Source: Nemertoderma westbladi (Eukaryota; Animalia; Xenacoelomorpha). From it: 32,602 bases of DNA. Under the pieces are notes generated by a model that saw only the letters and a list, made by a program, of their open reading frames with translations, was not told the origin of the DNA and ran no database searches. Where the stretch lies: assembly GCA_032718475.1 (NCBI GenBank), contig JAUCBJ010002530.1, positions 1-32,602 of the forward strand. The letters run 5' to 3'. This document shows, piece after piece, positions 1 to 11,035 of the stretch (positions are counted from its first letter, which is position 1; each line of letters opens with the position of its first letter). Position numbers and translations under genes: made by a program.

Positions 1-258
1 CATTATTTGGGTCATTCTCTTCAAAAGTGGCCAAAATTGTGCTCAAAATAGGTCGATTTTTTTTTCTCTATAATGCTGTAAAACTATATATCACTATAAT
101 CGAAATTTTGCGTGGATTACGAAAAAACACATGTCCCACCTTAATTCGAATTAGGTAAAAAGTTATGGACAAAAAACAAATGTCACGTGTGTAATGAAAT
201 GTCACGGGTGTAATGGCAATAATTTACCTAGAATATATTGGTAGGACGAAGGGAGGGA

Positions 259-284
259 GGGGGGGGGGGGGGGGGGGGGGGGGG
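259..284 (+). repeat. Poly-G tract (26 G, preceded by GGGAGGGA), potential G-quadruplex
   Basis: Seen directly. The exact homopolymer length may be unreliable. Confidence 0.8.
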
Positions 285-501
285 TATAAATGTCACATGA
301 GTATGCTGTAGGCTAATTTATAACTTACAAGGGAACTTTAAAAATTATTATAAAAATTTTACAACATTTTACAGCATTTTAATATTTGTTTAATCTGATT
401 TCTGTAATAACTACTGTTCATCAATTATGTTTTTTCGACAATTACCAACACGTTTAAAAGTATGTTTTAATGTATGCTCATGAGTATAATATACCGTATT
501 A

Positions 502-2652
502 TCATTCGAGCTCGAATCCCAGAAACTCAGTTTCTGAATCGGAGTTCATTTCTTGTTCATTCGATTCGACATTGAGGTAGTGGACCTCTCCATGAGCCAT
601 ACAACGGACAGGGCATAACTTCCCACATGAAACGTTTTTCACTATAATACGCTTGTTTTCGGGATCGAATACAATCTCGTGGGCTTTGCCTATACCTTTG
701 ATATCCGTTGTCTGTTTTCCTTTGACTTCTTTATCAGTGGCTTCCACGTCTTTAACACCATAGGAATACACATCAGTTTTTAAATCTTTCAATAACCCAA
801 GTATCATATCAAAGTTTGGTGTACTGTTACCAACTCTCATGCCAATAATTTGATCAAGGTACCTCTTTATACTCCCCCCTATACCATCAACAGCCCCCTT
901 TCCGTGCCCACTCTCAAGATAGATCCAAGAAAGGTTGATGTCTTTTGCAGCTGCATAGCGTTGGAATAAATAAACTATAAATTTATTTCTGTACTGACTA
1001 GACGGGCTATCGGATATTATGGTTATATTCTTAATGAGGCTGGTAGAAATGGCTTCACTAAGATATGGTTCAATACTAATAAAGACTGCTGGAGCGCGAT
1101 GAATATTGCATTGACTGAGTGCAGCACCAGACTCAGCTGGGACATCCTTGTAACCCTTCCACACAACAAATGGATGTATACAGACGCTTTCCTGGGCATA
1201 ATATGCACTCTTTATTTCTGCTGGACGGGGGATTTTAAAATTTTCTGACCAGTCCATATGAAGGACCATGGAGTGTTCATCACGGCGCTCTTTAATGTCT
1301 TTTATTGCACTAAATTGGTTTTTAACACGCTTAATGTGCAAGTCATACTTCTGCAGTTCTTTGACAGCTATTTCAACAAGTCTCCCAACTGGAATTTCTC
1401 TATCCACCACTCGCCACACTAATGAGGTACCTCCTTCGATGGTAGTGTTTACCCATGATTGGGTTGTAATAATCTTTTTCTTTTGGCTTGATGAAATCTT
1501 GGAAGTCCAAGATGCCCCTGTCTTAGCTAGTTCCTCTGCCGTTGTCGCAGGTGGAAGGATATTGTACCGTACCAAAGATTCCACCATTAGTTCCGGATTT
1601 ATGCACCGAATACACAAACATGTACCCCAATCACTTGCTTTAGGTTTTACGACATTTGCAGGAAACAGCCTACAAAAGTGGCTGTATGAACACGAGACAT
1701 CATACTCAGATACGAACTGCAAGTGAAGTGTTTCCAGAAAATCAAGTCTATATCGTAGTGGAATTGTATATGTAATAGATCCAATTTGGGTATCAACATG
1801 TTTCTTCCTCTTATCAGGGCAGACTCTAGAAATATCATCACGAAATGCAAATTTTTCTATTAAATCTTTTAAACTCTCTCCAGTAGACCTCTCAGGCGGC
1901 TCCTCATTATCAACCCTTATTGGGGTTATTTCAGCTACAGAACTAGTACCATTACTGTTTTTGTTAACGGTACTTTCTTCATGAACAGCAGCTTCTGCAA
2001 CTCTTCTCCTTATACCTCTTATTCTATATCCTAACCTTCTCATTCTAGTCAAAGCTGCTGTGTTAACTTTCCTGTTAATTTTTTTCTTGGTTCGTGGGGT
2101 TAGAGTATGCAGTTCCCTCAAAATAGACGTTTCTCTCAACCCAGAATCACTTGAATCGGTATCCGCATTGTTTACATTTTGGATCTTCATCTTCTTTACT
2201 CGTTTCAACTTTCCTTTAAGACGTATGATTTCATTCCTTAATCTTCTTACATTCTCCCTTCGAATCTGTTTACCTGTTTCCTTTTGGCGATTCAGTTTAG
2301 TACCGGTATCCGGCGTAGTAGGCTTAGCGTTTAGAAACTCTTTTTCCAACCTTTTTTTTTCTCGACATCTTTGCTGGCGCTGCGAATCCCTTAATCTCTT
2401 GGCTTCTATTTTTGATTTCAGTTCCCGTGTTTGAGGCATTTGTTTCATCTTTTCTCTCTCCGTAGTTCTCTTATCCCTCTGCTTTTCCGTCTGTCGATCC
2501 CGTACCTTTTCTTTATAACTTCCTTCTTCCTTTAGCCGTCTCCTATACTTCGCAACCCGTTCTCTGTTCAGACGTTTTGCCCTGTCTTTAACTGTCTCTT
2601 CTGTGGCATTCCCATTACCCCCCTCCAGTCTCATCGTACATTTCCGTTTCAT
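502..2652 (-). CDS. Sola2-like DDD transposase, 716 aa, single uninterrupted ORF
   Basis: Basic, helical N-terminus and a CLCIRC Cys motif. Catalytic-core motifs LHMDWSENF..EIKSAYYAQESVCIHP, SDSPSSQYRNK and ESGHGKGAVDGIGGSIKR match the recalled Sola2 pattern DFSENY / SDG..SQYKN / GHGKG..DG.GG. Lies between the TIRs. Confidence 0.88.
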   Translation of the reverse strand: MKRKCTMRLEGGNGNATEETVKDRAKRLNRERVAKYRRRLKEEGSYKEKVRDRQTEKQRDKRTTEREKMKQMPQTRELKSKIEAKRLRDSQRQQRCREKKRLEKEFLNAKPTTPDTGTKLNRQKETGKQIRRENVRRLRNEIIRLKGKLKRVKKMKIQNVNNADTDSSDSGLRETSILRELHTLTPRTKKKINRKVNTAALTRMRRLGYRIRGIRRRVAEAAVHEESTVNKNSNGTSSVAEITPIRVDNEEPPERSTGESLKDLIEKFAFRDDISRVCPDKRKKHVDTQIGSITYTIPLRYRLDFLETLHLQFVSEYDVSCSYSHFCRLFPANVVKPKASDWGTCLCIRCINPELMVESLVRYNILPPATTAEELAKTGASWTSKISSSQKKKIITTQSWVNTTIEGGTSLVWRVVDREIPVGRLVEIAVKELQKYDLHIKRVKNQFSAIKDIKERRDEHSMVLHMDWSENFKIPRPAEIKSAYYAQESVCIHPFVVWKGYKDVPAESGAALSQCNIHRAPAVFISIEPYLSEAISTSLIKNITIISDSPSSQYRNKFIVYLFQRYAAAKDINLSWIYLESGHGKGAVDGIGGSIKRYLDQIIGMRVGNSTPNFDMILGLLKDLKTDVYSYGVKDVEATDKEVKGKQTTDIKGIGKAHEIVFDPENKRIIVKNVSCGKLCPVRCMAHGEVHYLNVESNEQEMNSDSETEFLGFELE

Positions 2653-2853
2653 AGTTTCACAGTGATCACTCCTTATTTATTACGCACTTACCAGCTTACA
2701 GAGTTGATAAATACAGAGTAGTAGTACAGTAGCGTAAGTACTGATGTGGCCTAACATTACTGTAATTCAGACTGAAAGTACAATAATACATAGCAAACTG
2801 AAAGTACTGTTGTAGTAGGCCTACCGTACCATAATGCAAATTCAAAAAATTTT

Positions 2854-3284
2854 CCATTACACACGTGACATGTGTGTAATGGATTACACACATGACATTA
2901 ATTACACACATGACATACATACTTTATAGGCTGCTAGATGTAAAGGTACGTCGTATAACTCTTATTAATGGGATTATTTAGCAAGCCTTTGCCATGGCTT
3001 TTCTAAAAAACATAACTTCAGCCTATATAATCCATTTAATATTAAGATATAGCTGATTGTGTGACCATTACACACGTGACGTTTATGCGTAACCATTTGA
3101 CTTAAAGGCCGACTTTGCTGCATTCAAAGCAAGCTATCTTTGCTTCAAATGGTTGAAATAACTTAAAAATGGTTTTAAAAGTAAGCTGAAAAGATGCTAA
3201 ATGTAATAAAATAAACGTATAATTTGTTACGGTTTCTTAAGGTTGGCGACTCGTAGCATCTTTGAAACCATTACACACGTGACA
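2854..3284. repeat. Subterminal CATTACACACGTGAC motif copies of the Sola2 element
   Basis: Copies at 2855-2870, 3066-3080 and 3269-3284, degenerate copies at 2883-2915, and inverted copies near the other end at 181-196 and 200-215. Confidence 0.8.
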
Positions 3285-4631
3285 ATTATGCTTAACCATT
3301 TTAACCGGATAGTTTCATTGATTAGTGTTCGTTCTGAATATATAAAAATGTACAATTAATAGTGTTATTGGTTAAAAAAAATTATAGGCTTTCAGAAAAT
3401 ATACAACATGTCTAAGTTTAAGGAAAACCACAACATGTTAGTTGATGACAAAGCATGACAACTCAAAAAAAATAATTAAGAAATCTGCATTTTTTCATAT
3501 TTGATCACCGATAACTTTTCAACACTTTAATTCATTGTTAATATATTGTTATCGTAAGCATGGTTATAAAATTACCTTCAAAATGATATATAGTTTCCAT
3601 ACATTTCTGTCAGATTGAACTTGATTATTGAAGGGCAAATATTGTACTACCAATTTGGCCACTTTTGAAGAGAATGACCCATTTCGACAAAGAGTGCGAA
3701 AGTCGGTTCCCCATGGTATAACAAGATGCTGAAGCGTCAAAAAATTGTTTTAAATTCTCTAGTAGCACAGAAGTGCCACTTTTTAGCATCTGGCACATGG
3801 TACACGTGTTTAGAATGGCACAAAATATCAAAATCGCTAAAGCTTCATATAAATGTGCCATTTTTGGTTTATATAGGTTTTCAAAGGTGCTGATTCGATT
3901 ACAAATGGTTTCGAATTCTCTAGTGGAGTGGCACAGTGCCACTTTTTAGCATGTGGCAATTGTTTAACGTGTAAGACTGTATTCCATATGTCGAAACTTC
4001 CTATAGAGGACATTTTAGAGAAAATGAGCAAAGAAAATATGGCGACAATGTTCAGTAAAACTGAACGGACTCAGACAGTGATTCAGTTTGCTTCAGTCGA
4101 CGATGGATCAAAGATTTATCACATCCATGCAGGAGATAACAACAATAAACTTTAATTAGATATAAATTTATCGGTACCTGTTAATAATTTTCACTTATAT
4201 TCGAAATAGTTAATGATTAAAATGTTCAAATTGAGCATCCATAAAATCCTTTTTTCACATACCGAACGATGACAAGTTGACATAATGTAACAAAATTACA
4301 TACATCATTGTTTGTAAAGATCACTTTACAGCGTTAAAGACCCTTGTTTATTTATGTAAACCTTCCTCGCTGCGCTCGCTCGGTACATAAATAAACTCGG
4401 GTCGTAACAATTATTACAATGATGTAAATAGTTATTAAATTCTGACCCGTAGAAACATTTTGCCGATTATTTTGTGAATGAAAAATTTTGTTCAAGAATT
4501 TTTCAAAAATAAGTGAAAAATTACGAATTTTAACATTAAAAATTAAATTTTTTCGAATGTTTTTTTTATTATATCTTTCAAAATATCGGCAAATGATATG
4601 TGTCAAACAAAAACAACAAATATTTTTTAGG

Positions 4632-4659
4632 GTGTTTTCGCCACCTCTGGCCCACTGTG
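4632..4659 (-). mobile_element. Possible single Transib-like terminus (CACAGTG-initiated TIR)
   Basis: Minus strand reads CACAGTGGGCCAGAGGTGGCGAAAACAC. No partner end was found in the window. Confidence 0.35.
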
Positions 4660-4740
4660 CATCAGTAAGCTGTGTATTAAAGTACCAAGTGTTAACAAAT
4701 TTTAAGAAAATAAAATCCCAACATAACAATGTGCATGTGG

Positions 4741-7700
4741 GGTAAATAAATTCACAATACAGAGTAAGATCTCAGCCCTTCGTTAGGTAAATAAACTCAC
4801 CATACAGAGGAAGATCTCAGCCCTTCGTTAGGTAAATAAACTCACCATACAGAGGAAGATCTCAGCCCTTCGTTAGGTAAATAAACTCACCATACATAGG
4901 AAGATCTCAGCCCTTCGTTAGGTAAATAAACTCACCATACAGAGGAAGATCTCAGCCCTTCGTTAGGTAAATAAACTCACCATACAGAGGAAGATCTCAG
5001 CCCTTCGTTAGGTAAATAAACTCACCATACAGAGGAAGATCTCAGCCCTTCGTTAGGTAAATAAACTCACCAAACATAGGAAGATCTCAGCCCTTCGTTA
5101 GGTAAATAAACTCACCATACATAGGAAGATCTCAGCCCTTCGTTAGGTAAATAAACTCACCATACAGAGGAAGATCTCAGCCCTTCGTTAGGTAAATAAA
5201 CTCACCAAACATAGGAAGATCTCAGGCCCTTCGTTAGATAAAGAAACTCACCATACAGAGGAAGATCTCAGCCCTTCGTTAGGTAAATAAACTCACCAAA
5301 CAGAGGAAGATCTCAGCCCTTCGTTAGGTAAATAAACTCACCATACATAGGAAGATCTCAGCCCTTCGTTAGGTAAATAAACTCACCATACAGAGGAAGA
5401 TCTCAGCCCTTCGTTAGGTAAATAAACTCACCAAACATAGGAAGATCTCAGGCCCTTCGTTAGATAAAGAAACTCACCATACAGAGGAAGATCTCAGCCC
5501 TTCGTTAGGTAAATAAACTCACCAAACAGAGGAAGATCTCAGCCCTTCGTTAGGTAAATAAACTCACCATACAGAGGAAGATCTCAGCCCTTCGTTAGGT
5601 AAATAAACTCACCATACAGAGGAAGATCTCAGCCCTTCGTTAGGTAAATAAACTCACCATACAGAGGAAGATCTCAGCCCTTCGTTAGGTAAATAAACTC
5701 ACCATACAGAGGAAGATCTCAGCCCTTCGTTAGGTAAATAAACTCACCATACATAGGAAGATCTCAGCCCTTCGTTAGGTAAATAAACTCACCATACAGA
5801 GGAAGATCTCAGCCCTTCGTTAGGTAAATAAACTCACCAAACATAGGAAGATCTCAGGCCCTTCGTTAGGTAAATAAACTCACCAAACAGAGGAAGATCT
5901 CAGCCCTTCGTTAGGTAAATAAACTCACCATACATAGGAAGATCTCAGCCCTTCGTTAGGTAAATGACATCACCATACAGAGGAAGATCTCAGCCCTTCG
6001 TTAGGTAAATAAACTCACCAAACATAGGAAGATCTCAGGCCCTTCGTTAGATAAAGAAACTCACCATACAGAGGAAGATCTCAGCCCTTCGTTAGGTAAA
6101 TAAACTCACCATACAGAGGAAGATCTCAGCCCTTCGTTAGGTAAATAAACTCACCAAATATAGGAAGATCTCAGGCCCTTCGTTAGGTAAAGAAACTCAC
6201 CATACAGAGGAAGATCTCAGCCCTTCGTTAGGTAAATAAACTCACCAAACAGAGGAAGATCTCAGCCCTTCGTTAGGTAAATAAACTCACCAAACAGAGG
6301 AAGATATCAGCCCTTCGTTAGGTAAAGAAACTCACCATACAGAGGAAGATCTCAGCCCTTCGTTAGGTAAATAAACTCACCATACAGAGGAAGATCTCAA
6401 CCCATCGTTAGGTAAAGAAACTCACCATACAGAGTAAGATCTCAGCCCTTCGTTAGGTAAATAAACTCACCAAACAGAGGAAGATCTTAGCCCTTCGTTA
6501 GGTAAATAAACTCACCAAACATAGGAAGATCTCAGCCCTTCGTTAGGTAAATAAACTCACCAAACATAGGAAGATCTCAGCCCTTCGTTAGGTAAATAAA
6601 CTCACCAAACATAGGAAGATCTCAGGCCCTTCGTTAGGTAAAGAAACTCACCATACAGAGGAAGATCTCAGCCCTTCGTTAGGTAAATAAACTCACCAAA
6701 CAGAGGAAGATATCAGCCCTTCGTTAGGTAAATAAACTCACCAAACAGAGGAAGATATCAGCCCTTCGTTAGGTAAATAAACTCACCAAACAGAGGAAGA
6801 TCTCAGCCCTTCGTTAGGTAAATAAACTCACCAAACAGAGGAAGATCTCAGCCCTTCGTTAGGTAAATAAACTCACCAAACAGAGGAAGATCTCAGCCCT
6901 TCGTTAGGTAAATAAACTCACCAAACAGAGGAAGATCTCAGCCCTTCGTTAGGTAAATAAACTCACCAAACATAGGAAGATCTCAGCCCTTCGTTAGGTA
7001 AATAAACTCACCAAACAGAGGAAGATCTCAGCCCTTCGTTAGGTAAAGAAACTCACCATACAGAGTAAGATCTCAGCCCTTCGTTAGGTAAATAAACTCA
7101 CCAAACAGAGGAAGATCTCAGCCCTTCGTTAGGTAAATAAACTCACCAAACAGAGGAAGATCTCAGGCCCTTCGTTAGGTAAATAAACTCACCAAACAGA
7201 GTAAGATCTCAGCCCTTCGTTAGGTAAAGAAACTCACCATACATAGGAAGATCTCAGCCCTTCGTAAGGTAAATAAACTCACCAAACAGAGGAAGATATC
7301 AGCCCTTCGTAAGGTAAATAAACTCACCAAACATAGGAAGATCTCGGGCCCTTCGTTAGGTAAATAAACTCACCAAACAGAGGAAGATATCAGCCCTTCG
7401 TTAGGTAAATAAACTCACCAAACAGAGGAAGATATCAGCCCTTCGTTAGGTAAATAAACTCACCAAACAGAGGAAGATATCAGCCCTTCGTTAGGTAAAT
7501 AAACTCACCAACCAGAGGAAGATCTCAGCCCTTCGTTAGGTAAATAAACTCACCAAACAGAGGAAGATCTCAGCCCTTCGTTAGGTAAATAAACTCACCA
7601 AACAGAGGAAGATCTCAGCCCTTCGTTAGGTAAATAAACTCACCAAACAGAGGAAGATCTCAGCCCTTCGTTAGGTAAATAAACTCACCAAACATAGGAA

Positions 7701-8977
7701 GATCTCAGCCCTTCGTTAGGTAAATAAACTCACCAAACAGAGGAAGATCTCAGCCCTTCGTTAGGTAAAGAAACTCACCATACAGAGTAAGATCTCAGCC
7801 CTTCGTTAGGTAAATAAACTCACCAAACAGAGGAAGATCTCAGCCCTTCGTTAGGTAAATAAACTCACCAAACAGAGGAAGATCTCAGGCCCTTCGTTAG
7901 GTAAATAAACTCACCAAACAGAGTAAGATCTCAGCCCTTCGTTAGGTAAAGAAACTCACCATACATAGGAAGATCTCAGCCCTTCGTAAGGTAAATAAAC
8001 TCACCAAACAGAGGAAGATATCAGCCCTTCGTAAGGTAAATAAACTCACCAAACATAGGAAGATCTCGGGCCCTTCGTTAGGTAAATAAACTCACCAAAC
8101 AGAGGAAGATATCAGCCCTTCGTTAGGTAAATAAACTCACCAAACAGAGGAAGATCTCAGCCCTTCGTTAGGTAAATAAACTCACCAAACAGAGGAAGAT
8201 ATCAGCCCTTCGTTAGGTAAATAAACTCACCAAACAGAGGAAGATCTCAGCCCTTCGTTAGGTAAATAAACTCACCATACAGAGGAAGATCTCAGCCCTT
8301 CGTTAGGTAAATAAACTCACCAAACAGAGTAAGATCTCAGCCCTTCGTTAGGTAAATAAACTCACCATACAGAGGAAGATCTCAGCCCTTCGTTAGGTAA
8401 ATAAACTCACCAAACAGAGGAAGATCTCAGCCCTTCGTTAGGTAAATAAACTCACCATACAGAGGAAGATCTCAGCCCTTCGTTAGGTAAATAAACTCAC
8501 CAAACAGAGGAAGATCTCAGCCCTTCGTTAGGTAAATAAACTCACCATACAGAGGAAGATCTCAGCCCTTCGTTAGGTAAATAAACTCACCAAACAGAGT
8601 AAGATCTCAGCCCTTCGTTAGGTAAATAAACTCACCAAACAGAGTAAGATCTCAGCCCTTCGATAGGTAAATAAACTCACCATACAGAGGAACATCTCAG
8701 CCCTTCGTTAGGTAAATAAACTCACCATACAGAGGAAGATCTCATGCCTTCGTTAGGTAAATAAACTCACCATAAAGAGGAAGATCTCAGCCCTTCGTTA
8801 GGTAAATAAACTCACCATACAGAGGAAGATCTCAGCCCTTCGTTAGGTAAATAAACTCACCATACAGAGGAAGATCTCAGCCCTTCGTTAGGTAAATAAA
8901 CTCACCAAACAGAGGAAGATCTCAGCCCTTCGTTAGCTAAATAAACTCACCAAACAGAGGAAGATCTCAGCCCTTCG
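4741..8977. repeat. 45-bp tandem array (about 94 copies) derived from an ORP9 exon/intron junction
   Basis: Unit CCCTTCGTTAGGTAAATAAACTCACCA(T/A)ACAGAGGAAGATCTCAG, with occasional 46-bp variants. The last 27 nt (8951-8977) are coding exon. Confidence 0.97.
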
Positions 8978-9059
8978 CTCGCATCGTAGAAATCATCGTC
9001 TTCCTCCTCAGAGTTCAGATATTCTGGAGGTTCCTGTTTTTCTGACTCATTCACGAAAT
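8951..9059 (-). CDS. OSBPL9: ORP9 coding exon 6 (acidic tract and FFAT-like motif)
   Basis: Acceptor ctgtag (AG 9061-9060) and donor G|GTGAGT (8950). Encodes FVNESEKQEPPEYLNSEEEDDDFYDASEGLRSSSV, similar to recalled ORP9 PEFSYSSSEDEFYDADE. Phase 1 start matches the previous exon. Confidence 0.85.
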
Positions 9060-9474
9060 CTACAGTAACAAAAATACAATGCGTTGTCAGTGGGACGACA
9101 TTGTAAAATTGTTATTTGGCGGGAAATATAAAAATTAAAGGCTTCGGTTTGACTAGATTTAAAGATTTCTTTGTGCTTTTTTATTCTAGTTTTTATGCTA
9201 AACACTGAACCCGCTAGCCGCTACTAAATTCAGTTTCAGTTTACCAAATCATAATGTATTCAGTAAAGGATTACAGTTTTATTACTTACAGTTTACACTT
9301 TAAATTTAGTATTTCACAATAATTCTTTCATCGCTATCGCGTTTTTATCATCATTATAGGATAGGCTCTCGGTCGACTCATTATTATTATAAAACGTCAA
9401 ATATATCAATTTCCCAGTGACATTACAAATATATACTCAAAAGCGTGTGGGGCTTCGTGCAGCACAAAGTCTGA

Positions 9475-9750
9475 ACCTTTGTGAAGCAGTACAATTAATG
9501 AACCTGGTCACCCACTCCCTCTAGCGGCCGACTGTGGAACTATAGAAGTTTGTCGGTGTGTAGTAAACTATTCATGGACTACATGTGTACCAAGTTGGGT
9601 TCAATTTCATCAATAATTGACTGAATTATTAGCGTTCAAACATTTCCAATGACGACGACAGAGGGTTCAATAAATAATTATACCGTCACACAAAGGTTTA
9701 CATAGAGCGCCGCAGACGTCGGGAAGCCAACCTCACTGAGGCGCTAATAA
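9475..9750. mobile_element. Possible short Helitron/Helentron-like relic
   Basis: Imperfect inverted pair AACCTTTGTGA (9475) / TCACACAAAGGTT (9686) and a small palindrome CCTCACTGAGG followed by CTAATAA. Its core CTCTAGCGG..ACTGTGGAA...CCAAGTT is shared with 18930-19310. Confidence 0.3.
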
Positions 9751-10016
9751 TGGCCTATCTACTCACTTACGCGCTGATGATTGGCTATCTTCTCACTTAC
9801 ATGATAATTATTAGCTATTTACTCACGTAGTCGCTAACGATTGCCTATTTTCTCACTTACTCGCTAATGATTGGCTATCTTCTCACTTACGACTTACGCG
9901 CTGATGATTGGCTATATTCTCACTTACTCGCTAATGATTGGCTATCTTCTCACTTACGACTTACGCGCTGATTATTGGCTATCTTCTCACTTACTCGCTG
10001 ATGATTGGCTATCTTC
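9741..10016. repeat. 30-bp tandem array (about 9 copies) spanning the donor of ORP9 exon 5
   Basis: Unit TCGCTGATGATTGGCTATCTTCTCACTTAC, with two 7-nt GACTTAC insertions. Copies degenerate away from the exon. Confidence 0.9.
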
Positions 10017-10175
10017 ACTAGAGTTGTGTACCTCCTTGTCAACAAGGAATATTGGTTGTGTAGCAACGTCAGTATTAGCCAATGGGATCGTAGATTTGGC
10101 CATTTGTATGAGTAAGATAGATTGCTTTACTGTCTCAATCATTGCCCTTGATGTTTCGCAAATGGCATAATATTT
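9995..10175 (-). CDS. OSBPL9: ORP9 coding exon 5
   Basis: Acceptor tttttctcaatttag and donor A|GTAAGT (9994). Encodes KYYAICETSRAMIETVKQSILLIQMAKSTIP...SSEDSQSSA, similar to recalled ORP9 [21 protein letters not shown]. 181 nt, phase 0 to 1. Confidence 0.85.
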
Positions 10176-10504
10176 CTAAATTGAGAAAAATTTGAAAAAA
10201 TTATTTTAGCATAAAATGTGGTCAGAGCTGAGAAAGATATATAATATTAACTACATTATATTAATGATTTATAATACGTTTTCACCCCAAGTAATTGTAT
10301 GACCCAGTGCACAAAATGTGGGGTAGGTGTAAAACGCGGATCCGGATCCGGATCCGGATTCAGGATCCGGATACGGATCAGGACCCGGACTGCGAGTGTA
10401 AAAGGCGGATCCGGATTTACATACAATCCGTAACTGAGTGTAATATGCGGATTCTGAAATACGCAATCCGTATTGCAGTGTAAAACGCGGATTCATATCT
10501 TTTG

Positions 10505-11035
10505 TGAATCCGGAATGGAGTGTAAAATACGGATTTTCGTTAATTACCAAGTTTTATTGGATCCGGAATGGAGTGTAAAACACGGATTTTCGTTAATTAC
10601 CAAGTTTTATTGGATCCGGAATGGAGTGTAAAACAAGGATTTTCGTTAATTAACAAGTTTTATTGGATCCGGAATGGAGTGTAAAACACGGATTTACGTT
10701 AATTACCAAGTTTTATTGGATCCGGAATGGAGTGTAAAACACGGATTTTCGTTAATTACCAAGTTTTGTTGGATCCGGAATGGGGTGTAACACACGGATT
10801 TACGTTAATTATCAAGTTTAGTTGGATCCGGAATGGAGTGTAAAACACGGATTTTCGTTAATTACTAAGTTTTGTTGGATCCGGAATGGGGTGTAAAACA
10901 CGGATTTTCGTTAATTATCAAGTTTTATTGGATCCGGAATGGAGTGTAAAACACGGATTTACGCTAATTACCAAGTTTTATTGGATCCGGAATGGAGTGT
11001 AAAACACGGATTTTCGTTAATTACCAAGTTTTATT
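10505..11035 (+). repeat. 53-bp tandem array (about 10 copies), left arm of the foldback element
   Basis: Unit GGAGTGTAAAACACGGATTTTCGTTAATTACCAAGTTTTATTGGATCCGGAAT. Confidence 0.95.

Larger units (their letters stand above)
9..3680 (-). mobile_element. Sola2-type DNA transposon, apparently full length and autonomous
   Basis: Perfect 27-bp TIRs GGGTCATTCTCTTCAAAAGTGGCCAAA at 9-35 and inverted at 3654-3680. Flanked by a 4-bp direct repeat ATTT (5-8 and 3681-3684). GRG...CYC termini with a 4-bp TSD fit Sola2. Contains one long transposase ORF. Confidence 0.88.

Noticed and set aside
1023-2434. Short ORFs overlapping the transposase on both strands
   Set aside because: Shadow ORFs of the real 716-aa CDS with no recognisable motifs.
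3681-4740. Further ORP9 exon or small genes (ORFs at 3625-4745)
   Set aside because: No ORD motifs and no convincing acceptor/donor pair on the minus strand. The ORFs have low-complexity AT-rich composition.
4741-8977. CRISPR-like appearance of the regular arrays (also 10505-14990, 21553-23188, 30461-31879)
   Set aside because: The units are head-to-tail with no unique spacers, there are no cas genes, and the context is a spliced eukaryotic gene.
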